Below, one piece after another: positions 10,151-19,879 of a stretch of DNA of 64,000 nucleotides. The notes under the pieces were generated by a model. It did not search any database. It was not told where the DNA came from and saw only the letters and a program-made list of their open reading frames with translations. Source of the DNA: Spirochaetota bacterium (GTDB lineage: Bacteria > Spirochaetota > UBA4802 > UBA5550); assembly GCA_963664815.2 (NCBI GenBank), contig CAXXHB010000002.1, positions 224,001 to 288,000 of the forward strand. Reading direction: 5' to 3'. The stretch's first letter is position 1. Each line of letters starts with the position of its first letter. Both the position numbers and the translations under genes were made by a program.

Positions 10151-11067
10151 TGGCCGGGATCTATGTATACTCAGATAATTTGGATTTAAACGGCGAGCTG
10201 ATCTCTCTTGCCAGAACTTCCGGGCAGGAAGTTTGTGTAATAACAATGAATGATTCCGATACCGTGGAAATTTCAAAGTACGGACCGGATACTGTTTTTA
10301 CGCTGAAGGGTCAGAATACGATCGCAGAAAGTTATACTGATGCTATGGCTAAACTCCTCACTGACCAGAATGCATCGGCATTCCTTGTTGGAGCCACTGT
10401 ACGTGGACGGGACATAGCAGCCCAGGTCGCTGCAAGATTAAAAGCTGGACTTGTAAGTGAAGCCAGCAGCGTATCTTTCAAAGATGGTTCAATTCAGACT
10501 GTGCGCTTTATATACGGCGGCCTCACTGAACTTGCAGAGATATGTAAAACACAAACCGTAATAACAATTTCTTCAGGAAAATATCAGGCTGTAGCAAATG
10601 ATTCTGTAAAAAGCGTCGTGGTATCCATGACCGTTGATACCGATTCACGAGTAAAACTTATCGGATCATCACCGATTATTAAAGAGGGTGCCGATCTTTC
10701 GAAAGCAAAAAGAATTGTTTGTGTTGGTATGGGATTTGATAAGAAAGAGGATTTAAAAATAGCGGAAGACCTCGCCTCTGCATTAAATGCTGAAGTTGGC
10801 TGCACAAGATGTATAGCTGAGGACAGGGGATGGATGCCTGCTGAATTATATATTGGCATCTCCGGAGCAGTTGTTAAACCGGATCTATACCTTTCACTCG
10901 GGGTTTCCGGACAGATTCAGCACACTTTCGGAGTACGGGATTCAAAAGTTATTGTAGGTGTTAACAATAACGACAAAGCAACTATCTTCAGTGTTGCGGA
11001 TTACGGTATAGTGGGAGACCTTTACGAGATTGCTCCTCTTCTTACAGAGGCTGTAAAGAATAGTTAA
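10150..11067 (+). CDS. fixB: Electron transfer flavoprotein alpha subunit (FixB-like)
   Basis: IGISGAVVKPDLYLSLGVSGQIQH FAD-binding motif and ADYGIVGDL. TAATG stop/start overlap with fixA. Confidence 0.92.
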   Translation: MAGIYVYSDNLDLNGELISLARTSGQEVCVITMNDSDTVEISKYGPDTVFTLKGQNTIAESYTDAMAKLLTDQNASAFLVGATVRGRDIAAQVAARLKAGLVSEASSVSFKDGSIQTVRFIYGGLTELAEICKTQTVITISSGKYQAVANDSVKSVVVSMTVDTDSRVKLIGSSPIIKEGADLSKAKRIVCVGMGFDKKEDLKIAEDLASALNAEVGCTRCIAEDRGWMPAELYIGISGAVVKPDLYLSLGVSGQIQHTFGVRDSKVIVGVNNNDKATIFSVADYGIVGDLYEIAPLLTEAVKNS

Positions 11068-11120
11068 TGAGCGCGGGCTTTTGCCCGTCTCCGATTTATT
11101 TATAAGGAGGTAATCACAAA

Positions 11121-12404
11121 GTGAGCGAAGAAGATAAATTTGATGTGATTATAATAGGTGCAGGCCCTTCCGGAATAGCATGCGCTTATACGCTTGCAAA
11201 AGAGGGGAAGAATGTACTTGTCATAGAACGTGGAACATCTGCGGGAAGTAAAAATGTTACAGGCGGAAGATTTTATACCTATGCGCTTGACCTTGTTGAA
11301 CCGGGATTATGGAAAGATGCCGCTCTGGAGAGAAAGGTAACTCATGAGCAGATAATGATGATGGATAAAGAATCTTCTGTCACAATAGACTACTCAAACC
11401 CTGCATTCAGTAAAGACGGGGAGATGCCGCAATCCTTTACAATACTACGGGCTGTATTCGATGAATGGTTTGCTTCAAAGGCTGAGGAACAGGGTGTGGT
11501 TATTGCATGCGGTATAAAAGTTGACGGACTTATCGAAAAAGACGGACGGATAGCAGGAGTAAAAGCAGGCAGTGACGAGATGTATGCCGACCTCGTTATA
11601 GCTGCTGATGGAGTAAATTCTATAATCGCCCGTGAGGCTGGACTTGTTCCGGAACTATCTGCTGAAACAATAGGTGTCGGAGTAAAAGAGGTTATAGAAC
11701 TCCCTGCAAAAATCATAGAAGAACGATTTCGTGTTAAGCCGGGTGAAGGAGTAAGCTTGTTAATGCTCGGATGTACAGAGGGTATTCACGGCGGAGGATT
11801 TTTGTATACAAACAATGAGAGTGTTTCTCTCGGCTGCGTATTTACTCCTTCCGAAGTAACAAAGAATGGCAGGCAGATTCATGATATTTTCCAGGATCTA
11901 AAAATGCATCCGTCTGTATACCCGCTCATTGAAGGTGGCAAAACTGTTGAGTATGCCGCCCACCTTGTACGTGAAGAGGGTCACCGGGGCATCCCTAAAA
12001 AACTTTACCGCGACGGACTCCTTGTAATAGGAGAAGCAGCCGGTTTTGTTGTTAACATGGGTTTTACAATCCGGGGCATTGATCTTGCAATGGTGAGTGG
12101 TGTTGCAGCTGCACGTGCAGTAATAGGCGGGAAAAATCCCGGTCCGTCATATATTGAAGAACTTGATAAGATAAAACTTTTTCCTACAATGAAAGCAGTG
12201 GATGGATACTTTGACCTTCTTGAAATACCCAGAATGTATGCTGCTTATCCAAAAATTGCAACGGGTGTTTTCAATAAAATGTACAGCATCAATAGTGAAA
12301 CTCCAGTCAGTATAAAGAAAGGAATCTTCTCTGTATTGAAGGAAAACAAGGTTTCACTCTGGCAGCTTGTTAAAGATGGTATAAGGGGGTATAGATCAAT
12401 ATGA
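11121..12404 (+). CDS. fixC: FixC-type FAD-dependent ETF:quinone oxidoreductase subunit
   Basis: IIGAGPSG, ERG..AGSKNVTGG, AADGVNS, GGGFLYTN.ESVSLG and EYAAHLV. Confidence 0.93.
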   Translation: MSEEDKFDVIIIGAGPSGIACAYTLAKEGKNVLVIERGTSAGSKNVTGGRFYTYALDLVEPGLWKDAALERKVTHEQIMMMDKESSVTIDYSNPAFSKDGEMPQSFTILRAVFDEWFASKAEEQGVVIACGIKVDGLIEKDGRIAGVKAGSDEMYADLVIAADGVNSIIAREAGLVPELSAETIGVGVKEVIELPAKIIEERFRVKPGEGVSLLMLGCTEGIHGGGFLYTNNESVSLGCVFTPSEVTKNGRQIHDIFQDLKMHPSVYPLIEGGKTVEYAAHLVREEGHRGIPKKLYRDGLLVIGEAAGFVVNMGFTIRGIDLAMVSGVAAARAVIGGKNPGPSYIEELDKIKLFPTMKAVDGYFDLLEIPRMYAAYPKIATGVFNKMYSINSETPVSIKKGIFSVLKENKVSLWQLVKDGIRGYRSI

Positions 12405-12697
12405 GTATAAAACAGATGGAAGCTCCGGAACTTCTTAACCTCAACAGATTCGAAGTCGATGAAGAAGTTCCTCATATAGTTCTGGATAAAGAGATTTGTA
12501 AAACCAAATGCATGGAAAAACCCTGTCTTACAGCTTGCCCTGCTGTTTTGTACAAACTCGATAAAACCGGTGATATTACTTTCGATTATGCGGGATGTCT
12601 TGAATGCGGCACATGCAGAATTGTATGTAAGGCAAATGGTATAACCAAATGGGAATATCCCAGGGGTACTTTCGGCGTCAGTTACAGGCATGGATGA
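12401..12697 (+). CDS. fixX: FixX ferredoxin
   Basis: KPCLTACPA..Y, GCLECGTCRIVC and WEYPRGTFGVSYRHG. ATGA-type overlap with fixC. Confidence 0.93.
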   Translation: MSIKQMEAPELLNLNRFEVDEEVPHIVLDKEICKTKCMEKPCLTACPAVLYKLDKTGDITFDYAGCLECGTCRIVCKANGITKWEYPRGTFGVSYRHG

Positions 12698-12774
12698 TTA
12701 ATTGGTCTCATGCTGTAATCATTAAAATGTAAGCATTAAAAATTAAAGGATATAAATAGGAGGTTTTTTATAAT

Positions 12775-13938
12775 ATGTGGTACATGAATGAAGAAAGAGA
12801 GCTTATGCTCAATGTCGTAAAAGATTTCGTTAATCAGGAAGTAAAACCTGTAGCAATGGAAATTGATAAAACTTCAGAATTCCCCAAAAAACTTTTTAAA
12901 AGAGCCGGGGAACTGGGTCTTCTTGGAGTAACTATTGCTGAAGAGTTCGGCGGGCTCGGCAAAGATCACACAACAAACTGTCTCATAATGGAAGAGATTT
13001 CAAAAAGCCTTCCTGTACTCTGTGTAGCAATGGGAGCTCATACACTCCTTGCTGGCGGACTTCTCAATATGCTTGGCACTCCGGAACAGAAAAAAAAGTA
13101 CCTTGTACCTGCATGTTCAGGGGAAATTATCCTGGCCTGCGGATCTACTGAACCTGCCGGCGGAGCGAATCATATTGAGCATACTACAAAAGCAGTTCTT
13201 GATGGCGATCAGTGGGTAATAAACGGCGGGAAAGTTCTGATAAGCAACATCGGCGTTGCAGATATTTATGTAGTACTCGCAATTACCGGAGAAAAGATGG
13301 ATCCTGTAACAAGAGAAGGTATGAGCGCATTCATAGTACCTGCGGGTACACCCGGCCTTGAAATCGGAAAGCATGAACACAAACTCGGCTGGCACGGTTC
13401 TGCAACTGGAAGTATCTCTTTTAAAAATATGCGGATTCCTAAAGAGAATCTTCTTGGACCAGCCGGAAAATGCATGCAGGCGCTTTTCGTAAGTGCAACC
13501 GATGAATTTCTCAGCTGCGGACCTGTTGGACTTGGAATGGCTGAAGCTGCTTACGAAATGGCATATAAATACAGTAACGAAAGAATCCAGCGCGGTCAGA
13601 CTCAGTACGACAGGTTCCAGGTTACAAGGCATAAACTTGTTAAAATGTACGGGGAGATAGAATCTCTCAGAGCCCTTGTATATCATACCGCTGCACTAAA
13701 AGACAGCGGTGAACTTCCTCTTAAACTTGGCCGTATGCTGAAGATAAAGGGCGCCCAGGTTTCAGAGTATGTCGCAGGAGAGGCAATACAGATATTCGGC
13801 GGAGTAGGTACGATCGTTGACACAGGAGTTGAACGTTTCTGGAGAGATGCAAAAGTCCTTGCCATAGGAGGTGCATCTGTCGAGGCACTTGTTGAAGACA
13901 TCTGTGTTATTACAAAACACAAAATGAGCAGGTACTAG
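12775..13938 (+). CDS. Acyl-CoA dehydrogenase (IVD/LCAD-like active-site arrangement)
   Basis: TEPAGGA, WVINGGK.LISN, KLGWHGS.TG, AIQIFGGVG and ERFWRDAK. The usual YEG catalytic Glu is replaced (AIGGAS). Confidence 0.9.
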   Translation: MWYMNEERELMLNVVKDFVNQEVKPVAMEIDKTSEFPKKLFKRAGELGLLGVTIAEEFGGLGKDHTTNCLIMEEISKSLPVLCVAMGAHTLLAGGLLNMLGTPEQKKKYLVPACSGEIILACGSTEPAGGANHIEHTTKAVLDGDQWVINGGKVLISNIGVADIYVVLAITGEKMDPVTREGMSAFIVPAGTPGLEIGKHEHKLGWHGSATGSISFKNMRIPKENLLGPAGKCMQALFVSATDEFLSCGPVGLGMAEAAYEMAYKYSNERIQRGQTQYDRFQVTRHKLVKMYGEIESLRALVYHTAALKDSGELPLKLGRMLKIKGAQVSEYVAGEAIQIFGGVGTIVDTGVERFWRDAKVLAIGGASVEALVEDICVITKHKMSRY

Positions 13939-13990
13939 TATCCAGATTTCAGATTAACCGGATGATAAACCGTAATCCATAGCAGATTGT

Positions 13991-14028
13991 TTTCCCCCGG
14001 ATAAAAGTATTCAGTTCATCCGGGGAAA
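13991..14028 (+). other. Intra-operon stem-loop
   Basis: TTTCCCCCGGAT...ATCCGGGGAAA inverted repeat between the ACAD and crotonase-family genes, with no U-tract on +. Confidence 0.45.
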
Positions 14029-14068
14029 TGACAATATTAAATCAAAACAAAGGAAGGAGAAATATCAA

Positions 14069-14875
14069 ATGTATTCATACACAAAAACTTTTGACCATGT
14101 AGTTACATTTAAAAAGGAAAATGGAATAGCAACCATTACTCTTGACTGTCCTCAGAATATAAACAGGATCAATGAACAGCTTATTGATGAACTCACTGCA
14201 GCTCTTGAACAGGCAAACTGGGACAGGGAAGTTCGCGTTATCGTACTCAGGGGAACTGGTGAAGTCTCTTTCGGCCCCGGCGATCTTGAAATTATTAAAT
14301 CAAAGCTTGCGAAGAATCTCCTTGAAGCCCGTGAGGTCATGACAGAGATAGGAAGTATGCTGAAAAAAATGTACACTATCGGAAAACCGATAATCGGAGT
14401 TGCGGAGAAAGGGTGTATCGGCGGCGGCTGCAACATTCTTTTATCAAGTGATATAGTTATTGCATCAGAAGAGGCATATTTTCACGAAGTATTCGTTAAC
14501 TTCGCTCTTACCCCGGATTCAGGCGGATTATGGGCCCTTCAGAGGCTTGTTGGCCCGATGAAAGCCAAAGCAATCTGTATGCAGGGCGATCCTGTAAAGG
14601 CAAAAGACGCTTTTGATATGGGTATGGTTTACAAAGTTGTTTCTGCTGACAAAGTATATGATGAAGCGTATGCACTTGCCGCAAAACTGGCAACAAAATC
14701 TCCGGTCGGCATCAATCATATCAAACAGATTTCAAACCGGCTCCATGACTATACCATGGATACCTATTTTCAGATTGAAGCTGATTATCTTTCATTGGGT
14801 GCTCTGAGCAGCGACTTTAAAGAGACAAACATTGCCATGATGGAAAAAAGATTCCCGCAATATAAGGGATATTAA
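14069..14875 (+). CDS. Crotonase-superfamily enzyme, PaaG-like enoyl-CoA isomerase type
   Basis: IATITL..P, KPIIG, GGGCN and FVNFALTPDSGG. Both canonical crotonase Glu residues are absent and the PaaG-type Asp is present. Confidence 0.8.
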   Translation: MYSYTKTFDHVVTFKKENGIATITLDCPQNINRINEQLIDELTAALEQANWDREVRVIVLRGTGEVSFGPGDLEIIKSKLAKNLLEAREVMTEIGSMLKKMYTIGKPIIGVAEKGCIGGGCNILLSSDIVIASEEAYFHEVFVNFALTPDSGGLWALQRLVGPMKAKAICMQGDPVKAKDAFDMGMVYKVVSADKVYDEAYALAAKLATKSPVGINHIKQISNRLHDYTMDTYFQIEADYLSLGALSSDFKETNIAMMEKRFPQYKGY

Positions 14876-15018
14876 AATAAAACTATTTATGAAAAAATAT
14901 TTTTACTGGTGCAATATAAAATCTATGGTGTCTCAGGCTGGTGGTCTTAAAATCCAGATATGGGATACCATCAGATTTTAATGAATTAAATAAAAAATTA
15001 TATAAAGGATAATGAAAT

Positions 15019-15774
15019 ATGAAACTTAAAGATAGAGTAGCAATAGTAACCGGCGCCGGGACTGGAATAGGACGGGAAATAGCCCGTGAATATGCCCGCG
15101 AAGGAGCAAAGGTTATCGTTTCTGATTTTGTCAAGGAAACAGCAGAAGAAACAGTAGCCATGATAAAAAAAGAGGGTGGAGTCGCTCTTTTCATTCAGGC
15201 AGATGCATCCAAAGAGGCCGAAGTTGAGAATTTAATGAATAAAACAGTATCTGAATTCGGTAAAATTGATATACTTGTAAACAATGCAGGTATAGGAGGA
15301 ACTCTTTCCTCAATGAATGAAATCACTGTTGAAGAATGGGACAAAGTTATGGAAGTAAATCTCAAAGGACCATTCCTTGCTGTAAAAAAAGCACTTCCTT
15401 TTATGGTTAAAAACGGTAAGGGTAATATCATCAATATAGCTTCTATGGCGTCATTTGCTGCCGGACGGGGCGGGTTAGCTTATACAGCTGCAAAACATGG
15501 ACTTCTCGGATTTACCAGACAGCTTTCATTTATGCATGGCGCACAGGGTATAAGAACAAATGCTATATGCCCGGGACCTATTGAAACAGCAATGATTAAA
15601 AGAGTTCTTGAAATGCCGCAGCACCCATTGAATATGAAAATCAAGGCTTCTCCTGCCGGAAGAGCCGGCAAGTCTGAAGAAGTTGCCAAACTAGCACTTT
15701 TTCTGGCTTCAGATGATTCAGAATTTATTCATGGTGCAGCATACCAGATAGACGGCGGTTATACTATTTTCTAA
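15019..15774 (+). CDS. Classical SDR oxidoreductase
   Basis: TGAGTGIG, NNAG, Ser-YTAAK catalytic motif and IDGG. Confidence 0.93.
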   Translation: MKLKDRVAIVTGAGTGIGREIAREYAREGAKVIVSDFVKETAEETVAMIKKEGGVALFIQADASKEAEVENLMNKTVSEFGKIDILVNNAGIGGTLSSMNEITVEEWDKVMEVNLKGPFLAVKKALPFMVKNGKGNIINIASMASFAAGRGGLAYTAAKHGLLGFTRQLSFMHGAQGIRTNAICPGPIETAMIKRVLEMPQHPLNMKIKASPAGRAGKSEEVAKLALFLASDDSEFIHGAAYQIDGGYTIF

Positions 15775-15827
15775 AATATACCTGTTGATTTACACATGTT
15801 TGTTTAAAAAACATTAATACTTCCTGA

Positions 15828-15857
15828 AAAAAAGCCGGAATATTTCCGGCTTTTTTT
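15828..15857 (+). terminator. Rho-independent terminator of the fix operon
   Basis: AAAAAAGCCGGAA-TAT-TTCCGGCTTTTTT. Confidence 0.85.
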
Positions 15858-16007
15858 ATTATCTACAACTGAAAATATTACAGATACTACCTGTTAAATA
15901 TTTTTCATTTATTTCTTTCTTTCAAAAAATCACCGGAAAACTTATTCTTTTACCTCTATCCATCATAGCATTATATTTTATATAACATGTGAGCCAGTTA
16001 AAAATGT

Positions 16008-16036
16008 TTGCATTATAAAAACTATTATAATATATT
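16008..16036 (+). promoter_or_regulatory. Putative sigma70 promoter
   Basis: TTGCAT-N17-TATATT upstream of a GAGG RBS and the ATG at 16069. Confidence 0.45.
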
Positions 16037-16068
16037 TATCGCATAATAAAAAATACAGAGGTCAGCTG

Positions 16069-17688
16069 ATGCGTTATAGAATTAATAATAAAAAGATAGT
16101 CTCATTAATTGCATGCGCAGTTTTTTTAGTTTTTCTTTTTTCAACTACTGAATCCTTTTCAAGGGCAGGACGGGGACAGAGCTATAGTTCAAAATCTTCA
16201 AGCTCAAAATCAAGTTCCTATTCCAGAAAAAGTTCTTCAGGAAGCAGCTCCGGTTTTTTCTCCGGCAGCTCAGGTTCAAAAAACTCTTCTTCTAAAACTG
16301 TTATACCAGTTTTTATACCATCATCGGGTGGAACCGGTACTGGGGGGAATACCGCAGCAGGATCTGCATCTCCAGATACAACATCAACCCAGACTTCGGC
16401 GGGGAAAAATGACTGGATTTTCGGTCTTGTCGGCCTTGTAATAATAATCGGGATCTTTGCCCTGATTATTTACCTGATAGTAAAACTATTTAAAAAAATA
16501 TTTGGTTCCGGCGGTTCCGGAATAAAATTTGATGATACAAAGCCTACCGCTTTTGAGTTTGATCCTTCCCTGCTGCAACAGTTAAAAGGTACCGATCCGG
16601 ACTTTTCGGCTGATCTATTTATGGACAAGGCAAAAACAATCGCCGAGCGTCTTCAGAAAGCCTGGAGCGATGGCGACATGATGCCGGTAAGAAATTATGT
16701 CTCACAGGGAGTTTTCAACCGTTTCAGGCTTCAGCTTGAACTTATGGTAGAAGAAGAAAAAGTCCGCAATATACTCTCCGATTATAAAGTACTTAAAATT
16801 TCTGTATCAGATCTCAGTAATTCAAAAAGCTACCAGACTCTCCATGTAAATATCTTTGCGTGTGCAAAAGATATAACCATTACTGCAAACGCCTCAGAAG
16901 ATGAGAAGCAGAAATCTCTCGCTGGAACAAAAAAAACTGCATTCTATGAAATATACTCATTCACACGAAAACTCGGAACAAAGACAAATACCAAAAGCGA
17001 CTGGCTTAAAGGGGAATGTCCTAACTGCGGATATGTTCCGGATAATTTCAGCGAAACAAACAAGTGTGTAAGTTGTGGATCAATATATAACTCCGGAGAA
17101 TTCGATTGGGTTCTTTCTGAAATCACACAACAGGAAGAATGGCAGCCTGGTTCAGCGGATGATATTGACGGACTCAAAGAACTTGAGGGGAAAAACCTTT
17201 CAATCAACAGGGAGGTTATTGAAGATCGAGCCTCATACCTTTTCTGGAGATGGATTTACTCACGGGTGAAAGGAACATCAGCGCCTATGTCGAGAGATGC
17301 ATCGGCAGAAATGCTTGATTCACTCGGAAATGGTAAAGAACCTTTATATAACACATCTGTAGGTTCAGTAGACCTTATTTCTGTCCGGAATGAAAATGGT
17401 AACGCATATGCAGATGTCAAAATTCAATGGAGCACTGCCCGTGTTATAAATGAAGAACCTTATCACCAGGAGCACAATTTCGTATTGAAAATGCCTCTGA
17501 CACAGAAAAACCCTTATGGTCTTGCCGATCATTCATGCGAATCATGCGGAGGACCTCTCCCTGAAAGTGATACAATAAAATGCAGCTATTGCGGTAATGA
17601 ACTTCCATCAACAGTAACTGACTGGGTACTTACAGATGCCGAAGAAATAGACTGGGAATCGGAATACCCGGAGGAGAATGAATATTAA
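16069..17688 (+). CDS. Membrane-anchored Tim44-like domain protein with two double zinc ribbons
   Basis: Signal-like N-terminus ending RAGRGQSY, Ser/Gly-rich linker, one TM, DPDFS..F and lqkAWs Tim44-like motif. Zinc ribbons CPNCG..CVSCG and CESCG..CSYCG, each followed by DWVL. Confidence 0.75.
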   Translation: MRYRINNKKIVSLIACAVFLVFLFSTTESFSRAGRGQSYSSKSSSSKSSSYSRKSSSGSSSGFFSGSSGSKNSSSKTVIPVFIPSSGGTGTGGNTAAGSASPDTTSTQTSAGKNDWIFGLVGLVIIIGIFALIIYLIVKLFKKIFGSGGSGIKFDDTKPTAFEFDPSLLQQLKGTDPDFSADLFMDKAKTIAERLQKAWSDGDMMPVRNYVSQGVFNRFRLQLELMVEEEKVRNILSDYKVLKISVSDLSNSKSYQTLHVNIFACAKDITITANASEDEKQKSLAGTKKTAFYEIYSFTRKLGTKTNTKSDWLKGECPNCGYVPDNFSETNKCVSCGSIYNSGEFDWVLSEITQQEEWQPGSADDIDGLKELEGKNLSINREVIEDRASYLFWRWIYSRVKGTSAPMSRDASAEMLDSLGNGKEPLYNTSVGSVDLISVRNENGNAYADVKIQWSTARVINEEPYHQEHNFVLKMPLTQKNPYGLADHSCESCGGPLPESDTIKCSYCGNELPSTVTDWVLTDAEEIDWESEYPEENEY

Positions 17689-17718
17689 AACTTATTTTTA
17701 AAATAACTATAATCTTTG

Positions 17719-17747
17719 ATACCGACGGATTGGTAATCCGTCGGTAT
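17719..17747. repeat. Perfect 13-bp hairpin (REP-like or terminator)
   Basis: ATACCGACGGATT-GGT-AATCCGTCGGTAT with no clear U-tract. Confidence 0.5.
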
Positions 17748-17898
17748 ATATCTCTGATATACGTTTCTCCGTCCAGTATCTTTATTTTATCCAGTCGTAT
17801 AATTGCAATCTGAACATCAGTTACAGTGCAAAACCAATAAAATAGTTGTAAAGAAAAGGGCAAAATATATCTTTTACTTTAACAATACGGATAATCTA

Positions 17899-19755
17899 TT
17901 GAAAAAACTGAATCTCATATTAATATCAATACACATTAAAAATTCTCCACAGGCTATGCCGCTTGCTGCTGGTCTGCTTAAAGCGCAACTTGATTCAATA
18001 CCTGAAATTAATTCTAAACTTAATGTATCTTTTATGGACTTCTATACAAACACTTCGTCTGAATCTATATCCGAAAGTATATGCCATGAGATGCCCGACT
18101 TAATTGGTTTTTCAGTATACTTATGGAACAGACAGCTGACTGAAGAGGTTTGTCATCTAATAAAAAAAAGACTACCTGAAACTTTACTCTTCGCCGGAGG
18201 TGCAGAAGCCACAGCCCGTCCAGAAAATCTTCTTTTCAGTGCTCCCTTTGACTTTGTTGTTAAAGGTGAAGGAGAACTGCCTCTCACTGAAGTAATGAAA
18301 AGAATACTGAAAAATATGTTATATAATAATATACCCGGAGTCTTTATTAAAAATGAAACAAGCATTATCGCAGAAGACCAATGGCCTCTTCCGCCCCTTG
18401 ATCTTCTCCCCTCCCCTTTTATGACCGGCATTATAAATATCGAAAACTATTCAGGTATTTTATGGGAGCTCTCCCGTGGCTGTCCGTTCAAATGCAGTTT
18501 CTGTTTTGAATCACGCGGAGTTTCCGGAATAAGACAAATCTCGATGGATCGTCTTCAGAGAGAACTGGAGATATTCGAATTTAAAAAAGTAAACCAGGTA
18601 TTCGTACTCGACCCTACATTTAACCAGGATATAAAGCGCGCAAAAAAAATTCTCCGGATAATACAGAAAACAGCACCTCTGATACACTATACCTTTGAAT
18701 TAAGAACAGAATTTATCGACAATGAAATTGCCGGACTATTCGCATCACTAAACTGCAGTCTCCAGATAGGACTTCAGAGCGCCATTCCTGAAGTACTCTC
18801 TAATGTAAACAGAAACATTGATCCGGATAAATACAAAGAAAAAATTTCAATTCTTAACATGAAGGGAGCAGTTTTCGGACTCGATCTGATCTACGGCCTC
18901 CCGGGCGATACATTCGAGGGGTTTAAATATAGCCTCAATTTCGCTCTCAGCCTTCAGCCTAATCATCTTGATATCTTTCCTCTGTCAGTACTTCCGGGAA
19001 CCGTTTTATATGAAAAAGCCGATTCTTTTAATCTTAAATTTCTTCATGAATCACCATATACACTAATCTCTTCACCAGGATTTTCTGAGTCAGATATGGA
19101 TGCTGCTGATCAGTTAAAAAATTCCTGCAACATTTTTTATAATAAAGGTGGCGCTGCGGGCTGGATGTTTATGATTACTGAAACTCTTGGTTATAAACCC
19201 GTCAAACTTCTTGAAGATTTTTCTAAATATATACATCCTGGCATTACGGAAACAGGCTTAACTGAAATCTCTATAACTGAATTACAATTAACATTTATAG
19301 AGGAGCTTTTCAGAAAACATAACATTATGCATCTGTTTCCTGTTATGAAAGATATAATAAATATTCATGGCGCATTAAACCGTTCTCTCTACGCAGGCCC
19401 ATACACAGAAACAATTACCCCTTCACTTAATGACGAATCTCTTTACAAATTATCATCAGGAACAATATTTATCACTCTCAGCTATAATTTTGATGACCTT
19501 ATGGCCGTGGGGGAATTTACCCTGGAGGAATTTCTGGCTCATTATCATCCGGAAACAACATCTGTAATAATTTATAATTGCAGAGGAGTTGTTAAATCTA
19601 TAATAGTAAATAGAAACATCTACAATCTGCTTCAGAACTTTACCGGAGAACTCACATTAAATAAAATTTCAGATAAAAAATCACAAATCAGTACGGAGGA
19701 AGCACATGAATTTATAGAATATGCCATTACTGAAACAATGATTCATCTTATTTAA
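17899..19755 (+). CDS. B12-binding domain radical SAM protein
   Basis: PDLIGFSVYLWN and GGAEAT cobalamin-binding domain, RGCPFKCSFC CxxxCxxC motif and DLIYGLPGD. The start is probably the TTG at 17899 (the ORF is open from 17803). Confidence 0.88.
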   Translation: MKKLNLILISIHIKNSPQAMPLAAGLLKAQLDSIPEINSKLNVSFMDFYTNTSSESISESICHEMPDLIGFSVYLWNRQLTEEVCHLIKKRLPETLLFAGGAEATARPENLLFSAPFDFVVKGEGELPLTEVMKRILKNMLYNNIPGVFIKNETSIIAEDQWPLPPLDLLPSPFMTGIINIENYSGILWELSRGCPFKCSFCFESRGVSGIRQISMDRLQRELEIFEFKKVNQVFVLDPTFNQDIKRAKKILRIIQKTAPLIHYTFELRTEFIDNEIAGLFASLNCSLQIGLQSAIPEVLSNVNRNIDPDKYKEKISILNMKGAVFGLDLIYGLPGDTFEGFKYSLNFALSLQPNHLDIFPLSVLPGTVLYEKADSFNLKFLHESPYTLISSPGFSESDMDAADQLKNSCNIFYNKGGAAGWMFMITETLGYKPVKLLEDFSKYIHPGITETGLTEISITELQLTFIEELFRKHNIMHLFPVMKDIINIHGALNRSLYAGPYTETITPSLNDESLYKLSSGTIFITLSYNFDDLMAVGEFTLEEFLAHYHPETTSVIIYNCRGVVKSIIVNRNIYNLLQNFTGELTLNKISDKKSQISTEEAHEFIEYAITETMIHLI

Positions 19756-19879
19756 CTGAATTTCAGTTTAAATACAACCATTCACTAATTAACTGCCATA
19801 ATCTGTTTATAAAAAACTTGACCTCAATGTAATATCTTTCTTATTAATCCATAAGAGAAAAACAGGAATAATTTATTAA

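Noticed and set aside
16180-16400. Short repetitive TCA/AGC/GGT tract as a tandem repeat or array
   Set aside because: It encodes the Ser/Gly linker of the Tim44-like protein and has no fixed repeat-spacer period.
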